The position numbers and the translations under genes were made by a program. A stretch of 63,052 nucleotides of DNA, counting the filler, from Licmophora abbreviata (lineage: Eukaryota), in NCBI GenBank assembly GCA_900291995.1. It is 12 parts of 12 records of this genome, joined end to end, with 100 filler letters (N's around TTAATTAATTAA, not from the genome) between each part and the next. Parts side by side here need not be neighbours in the genome. Positions count along the whole stretch, not along the records: positions 1 to 15,002 come from OLMU01000970.1; 11 more parts are not named here. The stretch is one strand, 5' to 3'. Every line of letters begins with the position of its first letter. Within the stretch, counting starts at the first letter, position 1. Positions 1 through 11,562 of the stretch are shown here, in pieces. The notes beneath the pieces were generated by a model. The model was not told the DNA's origin and did not search any database. It saw nothing but the letters and a program-made list of their open reading frames with translations.

Positions 1-339
1 CAGTGGAGTTTGCCATGGTGTTAGTATCGTTGATGCAGCTCTGTATAAAGTCGTTGCCACCAGCACCATCATTGAATCGCAGATTGCCGATGTACCTAGA
101 TAGAGGTTACAGTTACATGCTGTGAGTGTGTTCCTTTGCGATTCGACTCGTTCGATTCGACTCACGCGCTCGGTCATGCCGCACGGGCGTCTGTGCTTCG
201 CTCCTGCCCGCGATCTTTGGCAAAAGCGCGCGCACTTCGAAACTTCAAAATCACAATTCACCCGCCGCTGATGGTAGTGTTGTTATTGATGATGATGTGC
301 CGCCTGCAGTCGACCAAGAACTCTGGGTGCAAGAGAACC

Positions 340-1725
340 ATGAGGTCGACTCTTGGTTACTTCATGGTGCTTACCAGTCTTTTATGCGTGCATGCCTTTA
401 CTCCAGCGAACCGAAGGACTCGAGTTCTTCGACGAGCAGGTCCGAAAAAGCCCACCGAAGCTTCGCGCGTGCGTTCGACTCAGTCGCTTGGGCGCAGCCC
501 TCCTGCGGATCCCTCCAAGAGTACAACAACAACTACTACTTCTACTGGTACAGCCCAAAACAACGTGGATTGGGAAGCTTTGAAGAAAATGCTACTAGCT
601 GAATTAAAAGAAGTTTCTGAATGTGCTCAGATTGCCCTTCAGCCATTCTTTGCTCCGGACAAGAGTGTGCAGCCAGAAGATCTCGTACAAGTCTGTGATG
701 AGCTCCAAATGGTCAAGACAAACGACGACTTGTTTGCCTCGCGCGCACTAGAATTGCGAGAGCGTGCGTACGAAGTCAAGCGGTACGAGTTGCTCGTCAA
801 GCTCATGCGTGCCGACTACAACGCCTACGTCGCGACGGCCTCCTTTCTCAGTCCCACCCGGATCCCTCGCGAAGACCTCCCCAACGTCCAAGATGTCGAT
901 GCGACTCCGTCCTTGAGTCGATCTGAAGACGGAAAACCGCTGGTTGCGGATTGTGAGTTGCAAGACATGCAGTACAAAGATAACTTCTTGGACACGTTCC
1001 TATTGAAGTTGTTTCGAAAGCAAGTCGAGGTGCACAGCGGTGTGAGTAGCGACAAGCCTGGTATTGAAGGACTGCTCGAACAAGGAAGGACATTCATGGT
1101 CAAACGCGGAAACATTCCTGATGTCCAACACAAGATGGTCTACAATACACTGGGTGCGCTAATGACTCCGGTGTTGCCGCCGTTCTATCGTGTCTTCATG
1201 TCGGGTATCATTGGCGATGTCAAGATTGGTCCATTGTTCTACGCACCGTGGCTGACGTCGTTCGTGACGCCAACCTTTTTCAAGTTCCTAGTAGGCCCAT
1301 CGCGTATGAATCGTCGCAAGGATGGACGAGTGGGCGGGCTGGTGGTGGAAAAGTGCAAGTTTCTACAAGAGAGTGGGTGCAAGGGACTATGTCTGCATCA
1401 ATGCAAACTACCGGCGCAGCAGTTCTTTCAAGAAGAATTGGGACTGCCGCTGACGGTGTCGCCTAACTTTGTCACTCAAGAGTGTCAGTGGAGCTTTGGC
1501 GAAGTGAGTGTGATTTAGGAGTGTTGTGGCTTGTGGTATCATTGCATGTGCGCATGAACCAACGAAAGACTAATGGGCTCGTTCTCTTTCACATTGTTAT
1601 TATTATCGCTCTTGTAGAAACCGATTGCGCCGGAGGAAGATCCATCGTTCCCTCAAGGTTGTCTTGTCGGCTGTGAGTCACGCAAGGCCATGGCGGGTAC
1701 CAATGCGGAGCTATGCAGTAGCTAG
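340..1725 (+). CDS. Beta-carotene isomerase D27-like (DUF4033) protein, probably plastid-targeted; exons 340-1503 and 1618-1725
   Basis: C-terminal motifs FLVGPS, VEKCKFLQESGCKGLCLHQCKLPAQQFF, LGLPLTVSPNF and CQWSFG. Intron from GTGAGT at 1504 to TGTAG at 1617 restores the frame (FGE|KPIAPEEDPSFPQGCLVGC, TAG at 1723-1725). ATG 340 gives a signal peptide ending VHA-FTP. Confidence 0.8.
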
Positions 1726-2271
1726 GTTCTCTTGAGTGTATATCTATATTCACGCATCTTACATACGTTGAGCGTCCTTCCACACCAACAACGCAAGGGG
1801 GGAACTTCATGGTTCGACAAGGTCAATCGACTGCCAACTGCGACTGTCGATACTGGCTGCACAAGTCGCGAAAAGTAGGTAGATGAACTTCTCTACTACA
1901 ATCATTGCTAACTTCTATAAACTATCGCGTAAGAGTTCGGTGTGATCGCGGTCATGACAATGTACACTTCTAAATTACCCTTCAATCCATCTGCACCTCG
2001 TAGACCTAAGGTAAATTGTACTAGTAAATTGACATGCTTTTGCAGCCGAGGAGGGCGATCGAGTGGTTGGCGCGCCTGATGACGCGATGATGACGATGGG
2101 ATGAGAACACTCTTTGTGCCGCGTGTGCATGATGAGAACGCGGAACATGAGCAACGCTGACACACACCTCCCCGACCTCCGACCTCCGGCGCCTTGACAC
2201 AAACATCTCGATTGCATCGCGCTGATTGACCTATCCACAGACTCTCGACTTGTCGCGTCACAGAACACAGC

Positions 2272-3123
2272 ATGGGCAACCTGATTGGCTGTTGCATTCG
2301 TTTCCAGGTTCGCGCGTATGGCGTGGGCAGCATGGATCCGCAATTCGCAAAGCGCTGTGTGAGCTGCGGAGCGCGACAATACACAAACTCCTCGACGTGC
2401 CGCTTCTGCGGAGGCGACTGCCGAATGGTTTCCGAACGAGTCGGGGAGACGCATCCTATGCCCGTCGTCATGGCAGTCAATCCTGAAACGGGGCGGCTGG
2501 CCTCCTATACGATGGATAATCGAGGAGTGCTGCATCCTGTCAATCAAAGAGAACCTCATATGTGGACTCCATCGCACTCCGGCGCGGATGTGCGAAGGTC
2601 AGATGGGGCGACCAAGCAAATGCAAGAAGATGACGAAGAAGCCATAGTCCTACCTCTGGTCGATGCCATTCACTCAGATGCGATTCTTGATGCTTTGATA
2701 AGACTAGCCGACTTGGTCGATCGCGGCAGAATAGCCGTGCCCGATATTCCCCTCAAGGACGACGACTCTATCGGCTTGTCCCTGACCGAACATTCCGAAG
2801 CTGCGTCTTCTGATGTCAACGTGCCTCCCTCTACAGAAGAACTCAACGAGGCGATGCACCTGGCATTTGAAGTCGTCCAGTGTCCTGTGTGTCTGTCTGA
2901 GTTTTCCTCGCCGACGACCCTGCCGTGTGGACATTCCCTGTGTCGAAGCCATATTTTAGAACTGGAGGGCAAGTGTCCCATCTGCCGCGATCAGTTCCCG
3001 AAGGCTCTGTATCGAGAGTCTGACCGAGTGAACGAGACACTCTGTAGCTACACAAACGCATATTCGAGAATGGTACCACTGGCTGAGGAAACAGTGAAGG
3101 CAAATAAAGAGAAGCGAATGTAG
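2272..3123 (+). CDS. RING-finger protein (putative E3 ligase) with N-terminal zinc ribbon
   Basis: CPVC-x11-CGHSLCRSH-x7-CPICR RING pattern; N-terminal MGNLIGCC and CVSC-x10-CRFC. Confidence 0.75.
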   Translation: MGNLIGCCIRFQVRAYGVGSMDPQFAKRCVSCGARQYTNSSTCRFCGGDCRMVSERVGETHPMPVVMAVNPETGRLASYTMDNRGVLHPVNQREPHMWTPSHSGADVRRSDGATKQMQEDDEEAIVLPLVDAIHSDAILDALIRLADLVDRGRIAVPDIPLKDDDSIGLSLTEHSEAASSDVNVPPSTEELNEAMHLAFEVVQCPVCLSEFSSPTTLPCGHSLCRSHILELEGKCPICRDQFPKALYRESDRVNETLCSYTNAYSRMVPLAEETVKANKEKRM

Positions 3124-3183
3124 CCCACGCATTCTGTCGCACTGCACTCTAATTTTCTTGTGTATGTGTGTGCATCAAGTTTG

Positions 3184-4986
3184 TTACATTGTTATGACAC
3201 CAAAGACGTGCATCGAACTGCCATCTTCGTTCAGTCGGAAACGGACATTGCGCGAACTCCCATTGTTTCTGAGTAGCCATTGCGCACCGTTGACTCCCTC
3301 CAGTATGTGACAACCGTCCATCTCACGCGACGCAGTGACGGGCTCTCCATCTACCTCGATCGCAACATTCCCACTGGTTATCTTAATGCTGTCAAGTCCC
3401 TCCATAACCGAAGAACAGTCCTCGCCAGTCGGGCATGTACGAAAGCAAGCAATAACTAGTCCCGCGCTTTCGTCGTTTTGTATGCCGGATGGCAAAGGAA
3501 CCTGTAGACTCCACCATTCGTCTTCTTTCTGTACAAGACGGAAGTGTCGACTAGCTGGGTTGCATTGTATTTCATCAGTGCTGATCCGAGATGGCTCAGA
3601 TTCTTGCCTCTCGTCCCCAAGTCCAATCAAACTGCACCCGGATGGCTTGGTGACAAGCGTGTTGCTAATATTAGATACTGAGTCGGCGTACCTTCCAAAA
3701 ATGAGCGAGGCTGGTGACTTTTTGTTTTCGAGAAGAAACTTGTCTAGGTTTTGTTGCTCTGTTAGCTTCTCGGAAACGAGGTTCCATTGCATGCTGCTTG
3801 GAAGGTGGATGTGATCTTGTAGCATCTCGTCTAACCCGACCAGCGACTGCTGAAGAAGGTCGATCATGAAAAGTCCAATCAAACGGCCCCTCAACAGATG
3901 CTCCTTCCAGCCAAGCAGAGACGCAATTTGATGAATATCACATGTCTGCTTTACCCTAAACTTGTGTTGGCGACACATGTCTCCGTCCTCTGAGTCACAC
4001 ATATAGCCCTGATCCTCGTCGTCGCAGGAGAAACTGCCTTCAACTGCTCCGTTACATAGAAAATAGTGTAAAGCGGCAGGCATATGCGCTGGATTCGACG
4101 AGGATCGGCTGTCTGGGAACCGGCGTCGCACCTGGGCTAGCACATTCAGATCGAGGAACGCCGCCCCCAGACCCTGTTCGACGAATTGCTCCATGACTTC
4201 CCATCTCTCTGTACTCGACGAGTCCATCAGGAAGAAAAGGGGGTTAGACGGGTTCCGACCAGCTCGTGCTGCCAAAAACGATGTCCTTTCCCCTTTGTCC
4301 CCGTCGGTCCTTGCAAAGTTCCAGTTCAACACATCAATGTCAGATCCATATATTGTTTCAACACACAGTGCTGCTTCCGGCGAAGATGCGGCGAACCCAC
4401 TGATGCCTTTAGGGTAAGCTTTGAACTCAATCCCTACAGCGCGGAATGATGGTCTGATAGAAGCTTCCAGTACCGCAGTGTAGCTCTCGTGCTTGCTATT
4501 GCCGTATCCGCCGGCAGAAGCGTCTCCTCCGCTTACCCAGCTGAAATCTACTTGTTGACCTGGATAAATGTGCTTATCAACGATCTTCTTTTGTATGCGA
4601 CGAATATATTGACTCTTGACTTCCTCAGAGATTGGGAACAGGCGGTGGAACTGAGTCGGGTCGGTCAGTATGTGGGCAAAGTCACCGTATTCGATTGTCT
4701 GTAGTTGCGTGATTAATGAACGTCTCTCCTTGGAGACGAGACCCAGAAGCTCCGTCACTGAGAGGGAAGAGGTGTATCGAGATATTGAGTGGCTTCCCAG
4801 CACCGTGCTTGTAGGATCGGGAATCAAAGATTGTGACCGCACTGCTTGGTCGTATCCCATGAAGAATCCGATGACCATTGCCGATACTGCCATGAGGATC
4901 GAGGCTGGGCCCGTTGGCACAAAGATAGACGACGATCTCCCCTCCACGTCCTTGTTACTACCCCCTAGAAAATCATACCTCCTCAT
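3184..4986 (-). CDS. Uncharacterised type II membrane protein, possibly SGNH-like fold
   Basis: 600-aa intronless ORF with one N-terminal hydrophobic helix (ILMAVSAMVIGFFMGY). The segments WVSGGDASAGGYGN and YGSDIDVLNWNF resemble SGNH-type blocks, a weak assignment. Confidence 0.55.
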   Translation of the reverse strand: MRRYDFLGGSNKDVEGRSSSIFVPTGPASILMAVSAMVIGFFMGYDQAVRSQSLIPDPTSTVLGSHSISRYTSSLSVTELLGLVSKERRSLITQLQTIEYGDFAHILTDPTQFHRLFPISEEVKSQYIRRIQKKIVDKHIYPGQQVDFSWVSGGDASAGGYGNSKHESYTAVLEASIRPSFRAVGIEFKAYPKGISGFAASSPEAALCVETIYGSDIDVLNWNFARTDGDKGERTSFLAARAGRNPSNPLFFLMDSSSTERWEVMEQFVEQGLGAAFLDLNVLAQVRRRFPDSRSSSNPAHMPAALHYFLCNGAVEGSFSCDDEDQGYMCDSEDGDMCRQHKFRVKQTCDIHQIASLLGWKEHLLRGRLIGLFMIDLLQQSLVGLDEMLQDHIHLPSSMQWNLVSEKLTEQQNLDKFLLENKKSPASLIFGRYADSVSNISNTLVTKPSGCSLIGLGDERQESEPSRISTDEIQCNPASRHFRLVQKEDEWWSLQVPLPSGIQNDESAGLVIACFRTCPTGEDCSSVMEGLDSIKITSGNVAIEVDGEPVTASREMDGCHILEGVNGAQWLLRNNGSSRNVRFRLNEDGSSMHVFGVITM

Positions 4987-5321
4987 CTCGCCCTTGGAAG
5001 GAGTCTCTCAGGAGCGTGCGCCTTGCATCAGCGCAACTCGTGATGATAACCGGAAAATATGGAAAGGATGACCGCCATTTTCAAGATTCCTGCGAAAGCG
5101 CGTTGGGAGTGTCCGTAGGCATGTCTGATCGCAACTCTACTTATGATTCAGTCGTGCATGTGCAATAGCTTGTTGGAGGCATCATCGCATTCATGTGAGC
5201 GGGGGAGCAGGGGACGCAAAAGTGAGATGATTGCAGCCGTCGCCGTCAAGTCTACTTCAGCAGCTTTGAACTTAGAAAGCTTAAGTAAGCCAAGATTATA
5301 GTCGCAGTCCGTAAGCCAAGG

Positions 5322-7412
5322 TCAAAGCGGACGTTGCCTTGGTCGACTGTTGAAATTGAAACTACGCTTCAAGCCGCCCAGCCAGTCAGACGAATGATCG
5401 TCTCGGTTGATGGTCGGCACCGGATAATGACACATTTGTATTTGCACGCTGTCGCCGCGATTCAGTTCTCTTCGATATCTCCCATCAAATGCAACAGATG
5501 CACTTGATCTCGCATCATCAGGAACATAACAGCGCAGAACGACGCTGTCTGGAAAAACCATGGAGCGGAAGCTTAGCACATGTGGACAGATAGGAGTAAC
5601 GAGGATCGCGGGTACAGCGGGGTGCACAACCGATCCACCAGCGGCCATGCTATATGCCGTTGACCCAGTGGGACTGTTGAAAACGGAAAAGAGAAACACC
5701 ATCAAATGGTGAGAGTCGATTAGTCTAAGCGTCGCCGTCGCAGAAGTTCAGTTTCTCTTACGTTGCAAAAATGATCTGTGAAAAACAGTGAAGAGAATCG
5801 CGACACGTGCGCGTGAGAAATGGGTCTCTCAGTACGAGTAGACACATCGTTTCGGAAAAGTAAGCACAACTTACGCCATCCGCCTGAATGGTGGTAAGAT
5901 GAACATTATCAACGAAAGCTTCCAAATTCGCAAGGTACGGGCTGCTACCTCTGTCGATGGCAACCTCATTCAATACATTGAATCTCGCACGTACGACACC
6001 TTCTCGGTTGATGATGCGACAGTCCAATCGCATTCTCATGGACTGAAGGCCAGAAAGACAACGAGCAGATACGTTGCGTGAGTTGGTAAAACATAAAAGC
6101 TTTCATCACTGCTATTTGCACGTACTAAACAAATGCGATTTCCCAAGCCAAACTTGACGCCGGGCAACGTCGTGCGTTCCGTTTTCTCCAAACTGGCCTC
6201 GTTGACATATCGTTCTTCGCCATTCCAGTATGGATCATGCTGAGCCATGGTCTCAAAGGCCCGAATGGCAGCTGGGTCGTCGTCATCGTCAAGAGGCAAG
6301 AATCCATCCTCGTCGTGTACAATGACACCGAGCGACACTTTGATGGCCTCCACCATTTCGTCTCGCGAGAACGGCGTCAAGAAGCCCAAACTCCCACCTG
6401 CAACGCAGAGTATCGGCGGACAAGGCCCGGGGAACATCAAACTAGCGTGCATCAACAAGCCATCTCCTCCTAGAGTACAAATCAGATCGGGATTTCGTTC
6501 CGTCAGGAGCTGTATGTCCATTTCGCTCATAGCCTTCCCCATCCATTCGTCACTGCTGGACACGTGACTGCCTCCAAACCCAGGAAAGCCCTTTGGCTCA
6601 AAGAGTTTGATCATATCGTCATCGACATTGTAGTAATGCTTCAACTTGGCAGCCATATCAGGCGACAACAAGACTTCTATGCCCGCCTTTGTCAGTTCAT
6701 TGACAGCCTTCGCTGCTACCGTCATGAGTTCATCGTCATTCGGTCGAATCAAAAAAAGTACACTCGCAGCTGCAGTAGGGGCTGACTCTGAGCTATCCCC
6801 GTCACTCTCAATGTTACTTCTACCGCTTGTTTCGGTGTCGCTGTCATCCCAAACAAACGCGACTTGCCCCGTCGCCGGTCCCTCAAACTTCATGTGATTG
6901 TGATCGCCCACCACGCGTTCTCGGATCGAATCTCGACATGTATCACCGTCGCCTCCACACCAAATCAAATCTAATTTCCGTCCTGACGGAAGCTCGTCCA
7001 AGCTGGATGATGCTCTTCGTGGTACAAGGACAGCAGCAGAGGAATGCGAGGTTGCGTTGACGACGACTGCATCAGCCCGTGTGTTGGTAGTAGTGTTGTC
7101 GTGCCGGGCAAGTCGACTGTGTTCGTCAACAGTATCATTGGTTGAAGTGGGAGGCGGAGAGTCATCGTGTTTATTCATTTCCGTTGAAAGGTGGGTGAAT
7201 TCGTCGTCGTCGGAGATAACATGTGAGGTTGCCGGCTTCTTGTTCGGGAGGTCATCCTTATTGTTGGTGATGGCGCCGGAATGAAGTACAAAAGAAGGAC
7301 GCTGGCTGAATCTTGTCCGTGTTGCCGATTGAGGAATGACTGGACTATATGCGGATATGAACCGGAAGGGAGTGATACAAAGACAGTGAAGCATCGCCAT
7401 CATGGCCAGCAT
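5322..7412 (-). CDS. NAD(+) kinase, probably plastid-targeted; exons 7412-6126, 6042-5875, 5775-5762, 5673-5322
   Basis: Motifs LGGDG, GSLGFL, VLNE, QADG|IIFAT|PTGSTAYSMAAGG, TPICPH and FDG. Three GT-AG introns (6125-6043, 5874-5776, 5761-5674) give one continuous frame. The presequence from ATG 7412 ends ISA-YSP. Confidence 0.9.
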
Positions 7413-8694
7413 GGAACGTCGCGTCCCAATGTTGTGTCTGCTGATGATGCTGTTTGGAACGTATTCGGTTACGGCGGCGTGTTCTTTTCGCTTGATTTTC
7501 CGCACTTTGTAGCGCATTTCGTCCGGATTTCGGAAGATCTCCCGCTCCTTCCTGTTATCCAATGTACAATTTAGCATAATTCGGTTGCAAACAAGAATTC
7601 CGAGGCGTCCAACTGATGATGCCGAGCCATGGCGGTCGGCTGTGATGCTGTAGGTGTTTTTCTTCTTTTCGGATTCGTCGCGATGTATCAAAACAAACAT
7701 TCCTTCTGCCAACTTTCTAGGTGTTTCTGATCTACGCAGAATCAGTACTAGGAGCTACACATGTCTGAGGTGAGCGCGCATCATACATCACTCAAGCGCG
7801 CAGCGCCACCATCGTCAATCGAAGTCGATTTTGATATAAGTCTCGACATGATCGATGAAGAGCACACAGCATCATCATCAGTTTTCCCCTGTCACCTCGT
7901 TCCTCCTTATGTCTTGTCTACAATATGTGCGCTAAAGTCGTAGCGTAGTTCGAGTCCAGTATAAGTGGAAACGAAAAAGAGAACGCGATACTGTAACGAA
8001 AGAAACGAGTGAAGTCTACCGGTATAGATAGACCGATGTGGTGAGTCCAGGCAAGCTGCGCCCCCCTGTGCATACATCAGTTCCCAGTTCAAGAAACGAG
8101 ACGGACGCTCGATCCCCGATGATTTAAAACAAACGATATCGAGAGGCCTCAGATGCTGCCGGTGGTCTCCCACGGTCGGGAGGTGCTGTTGGACGGCAAT
8201 GGGATGTCTACAGGCATCGATCGAAAGAGACAGTGTCGCTAACTTGCTGTATGAAGTACTTCTATGGTTTGTAGACACGGGTCTCGCTCAAAAAGGTCGG
8301 CCGATGGATCGTACAAATGGATTATGAGAGATGAGGGGAGAGAAGTTCTACTTGTTGTTGCTTTCCTCGACACTACTTGTTCAAACTATCGGCGCTCCGT
8401 CTTTAATCCTCTCTTTGCTCTTCATTCATGTTTAGGCTGCCAGCCGACAATCGGAAGCCTTCAAATGCAGACTCGTCAATTTTCTCTCCGTTGCTATAGT
8501 AGTGTGCCCTTGTCAATGACATTCTGGTGATGTGCATGGTGTTGATAGATTACATCGTCGTGAACGAACCAATCACAAGCCGGGCAATGCAATGATCAAT
8601 GTGCGAAACTACAGGTAGTCTACTTGTATGATTAGGTCTACAGTAAATAGCATTGATTCGCGATTGTCACTCGTTGTGGTTTAATTCTACTCTC

Positions 8695-10890
8695 TTACCT
8701 ACTTGCGTGATCCAACAAGTCAATTACCAACAAGCCCTCGCCGGTCAATGAACTACCGCCGCCCATGAGATTGCCAGTCTTGGTGTTGACAATTACAAAG
8801 CGTTCGTTGCAGGTCATGTGGATGGAATCGTAGTACAACATACCACCAAGTCCTGCATGTCGAACGCGGTTGGCAAACCGAACGCGATGAGGCGATGTAA
8901 AGTTATAGAGTCCTCCAGATTCGTCGCCGGTGCACTTCGTGTGCCTCCCATCGTTGGTGTCAAAGTAGCGCATGTCCTCCCATGAGCTGAGCACGTGGTA
9001 GACGAGAAGAATCATTCCAATGTGGTCCTGGCCAAATACAATGATCCTGCGACCGTCGAAGTGTACAAGCGGCTTTCTTTGCGATGACAAGGGGAGGTTG
9101 ATCTGCGAGGCGACCTCAAACCGCGATGCTGATTCCGAGGATGCCTTTCTCCAAAGAAGCAATGTCGTTCCCTCGCCACGAGTATGCTGCAGAGTCACAA
9201 ACCCGCATGTCTCGAATGGGAGGTGCAAAGGGTAGAGAATCGCTTGCACTCTATCGGAGCTGAAGAAATGCGGATGCCAGTCGTCTGTCCCTTCGAGGTC
9301 GTTCGGTGTATCGCTTTCCATAATTTGATCCGTATCATCAGCGTCGCTTTCAATCGGCGTCATCGCCGGCGGCGATTCGCCTGAGACTTCTACTTCAGAT
9401 CCAAGAGTGTAGAGCTGCGATGACGAAGTAAGCTCCGAACGAGCCCGTTTTGCGCTCTTGATTGCGGATTCCTTAAGGTGGAGAATCCCAACGCGATGTG
9501 CCTGTGAAGATGAGTCGCCATTAGTCTTCCAAAGTTCAACTGTCCCTTGGGTAGTACCAATGAGAATGCTGTTTCCAGTACCGTCGACAGTGACGAGTGC
9601 AACGGGACCGTCGCATTTGATCGAGAAGAGAGAGTTTGGACAGTACTTGGCCGACGGTGTTTGTTCGTTGTTGTCGTGAGCATCACATGGAACAAGCGGA
9701 TACACTAGAACTGTGTCGCTCGAGGACGTGCTCCTCCTTCTGCTGAGGAAGGACACGTACAGCCGACTGTATTTGGCGCAGACTTCCAACGTTCTAAACT
9801 CGTAGTTGAATCGACAAACTTGACGGCGTTCAAATCTCTTTTCATTTGCTCGACGCGTCCATGTGAGCACCTCAGTGCATCCTAGAGCTTCAGATCCGTT
9901 CTCGGGGTCGCTCCAGAAGTCACGCGCCGCTGCAATCATGGTGGCAGATATCTCGTTCGTGTCGCCTAAGACAAACTTTCGGTCAATTCCCAAGTAACCA
10001 ACTTCGACTTCATCCTCCTCGTGTAGTATCACCATGTTTCCTTCCCGTCGTCTGGAATTTCTCTGGTTCGTAAACGAAAAATACTTTGATACATCGACCT
10101 CAAAGTATTCTTCCTCGCTTAGAAGGACTTGCGACGCGTCTACGCGATACTCTTCCATGTTGTGATTGCGATAGACACTTTCGTCAAAGATGGCACCAGC
10201 AATGTCTTCATCCGGAACATCATGAAGTCCAAGACTAGCTCGTCGACGAATAACATTGGCGGCATCCAGCATGGCATGGAGCATCATGGCTTCATCGCTC
10301 GCGACGGCGTTGTGAACGCAGTTCTCATGTACCCTGAGGGATCGAGTGAATGGATCCAGGAAGACGAGTTCCCCTAATTGACCGCTGGATGTGAGAAGGA
10401 AGGAGACACAATCGAAATCGACCGGAGGTGCATCGTCCCACTGCATCTCGTCGTTGTCCTTGTCGTCCGGGGCCACGGGCACAAAGTAGAAATGTCGATT
10501 CGGCAAGTTGAAAACATTTCTTGTTGATTTCCGCCGATCGACTAGAGTACCAAACAGACTGCGTCGAAGGCGGCATTCTTCCACTGTATCATGTCGGGAA
10601 GCTATTGGTGAATGGCAAGATTCTTTCACGAATGGGACAGCGTCTCGAGCAAAGTGGTGCCGAGAAAACACTTGGCGCCAAAAGTGATCAAGGGCTGAAT
10701 TCTGGGAGACTTGAGAACATCGATGCGTCAAGGAGCTACAAGTCGTTCTGGAGAAGCGGACTGCCGATTCAAAGTCCAAAAATAGCATCATCTGAGCAAA
10801 TGTGTTGTCGCATAGCCTATCAAACGGCACCATTCTGTCCGAAGAGTCCTTCATCATGGTAATCATGGTCCAGACGATGATGACAAGCAC
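8695..10890 (-). CDS. Uncharacterised protein with F-box-like N-terminus and beta-rich (WD40-like) C-terminal region
   Basis: 731-aa ORF. FDRLCDNTFAQMMLFLDFESAVRFSRTTC...WRQVF resembles an F-box, and ILIGTTQGTVELWK resembles a WD blade. The true start is probably a later Met. Confidence 0.55.
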   Translation of the reverse strand: MLVIIVWTMITMMKDSSDRMVPFDRLCDNTFAQMMLFLDFESAVRFSRTTCSSLTHRCSQVSQNSALDHFWRQVFSRHHFARDAVPFVKESCHSPIASRHDTVEECRLRRSLFGTLVDRRKSTRNVFNLPNRHFYFVPVAPDDKDNDEMQWDDAPPVDFDCVSFLLTSSGQLGELVFLDPFTRSLRVHENCVHNAVASDEAMMLHAMLDAANVIRRRASLGLHDVPDEDIAGAIFDESVYRNHNMEEYRVDASQVLLSEEEYFEVDVSKYFSFTNQRNSRRREGNMVILHEEDEVEVGYLGIDRKFVLGDTNEISATMIAAARDFWSDPENGSEALGCTEVLTWTRRANEKRFERRQVCRFNYEFRTLEVCAKYSRLYVSFLSRRRSTSSSDTVLVYPLVPCDAHDNNEQTPSAKYCPNSLFSIKCDGPVALVTVDGTGNSILIGTTQGTVELWKTNGDSSSQAHRVGILHLKESAIKSAKRARSELTSSSQLYTLGSEVEVSGESPPAMTPIESDADDTDQIMESDTPNDLEGTDDWHPHFFSSDRVQAILYPLHLPFETCGFVTLQHTRGEGTTLLLWRKASSESASRFEVASQINLPLSSQRKPLVHFDGRRIIVFGQDHIGMILLVYHVLSSWEDMRYFDTNDGRHTKCTGDESGGLYNFTSPHRVRFANRVRHAGLGGMLYYDSIHMTCNERFVIVNTKTGNLMGGGSSLTGEGLLVIDLLDHASR

Positions 10891-11311
10891 GACAGAATTC
10901 TGAGAAAAAGACCGGCGCGAAGAATCTTCTCAAATTCAAAAGACTCGACTCACTCGACCCAGATCCAGGATGGCTGACGCAAGCCACCTGCGATGTATTT
11001 AAAGGAGCAATGACCTCGTGAGTTCGCTTCTTTTTCCGTCGCATTTTCGTTCACTACAAGAACTTCAAACCTCAGCGCTCTGGTTGAAAGTAATTAACTT
11101 AGACTAAAACCCACTTGGAATCTAACGATAGGGAAAAAGGTGTCAAGGTGCAACCTGCGCATGGCCAATCGCGTTGCAGTCTCACCGCCCGTACTAGTCA
11201 GTAATACTCCTACGTGCAACGTTGAACGAAAGAAGATCGAAAAATTGAGAATGGATCTTTTCCTGCTCACAATTTTCCGAAGTTTGGAACCCGAACCACA
11301 CTGACCCTCAG

Positions 11312-11546
11312 GTAAGTCAATATGAACTCATTTGACCCTTTGCGCTCCTGGGAGACGCGGAAGAAGACGTTGATGGGCCTAAGTGAAGCGTCAGCGTGCC
11401 GAGGGCGCTTTCCGTGTGTTGGGTCGAAGAAGACTTTTGTTCTTTGGGATGCAGTAGATCCATATGCAGTGGTTCACATTTTGGAGGATCGCACGAGTCA
11501 ACAACTGTACCTCACTTGCTCATTTCAACCCTCTCTCTATCTGCAG
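11312..11546 (+). other. Putative 5'-UTR spliceosomal intron of asnA
   Basis: CAG|GTAAGT donor at 11312; pyrimidine tract and CTGCAG acceptor ending at 11546, 16 nt before the ATG. Confidence 0.55.
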
Positions 11547-11562
11547 TCACCGCTGACACATC

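Noticed and set aside
136..339. Longer N-terminal extensions given by the ORF track (also for hutH, ald, bciA, dctM and the FAD oxidoreductase)
   Set aside because: Later starts fit signal peptides, RBSs or stop-start overlaps better.
7413..7712. 100-codon upstream extension of the NAD kinase ORF
   Set aside because: It precedes a credible signal peptide at 7412 and has no recognisable motif; treated as an open 5' region, though not excluded.
7761..8530. Short ORFs between the NAD kinase and F-box-like genes
   Set aside because: Short, interrupted by stops, no motifs, and I could not build a consistent splice model.
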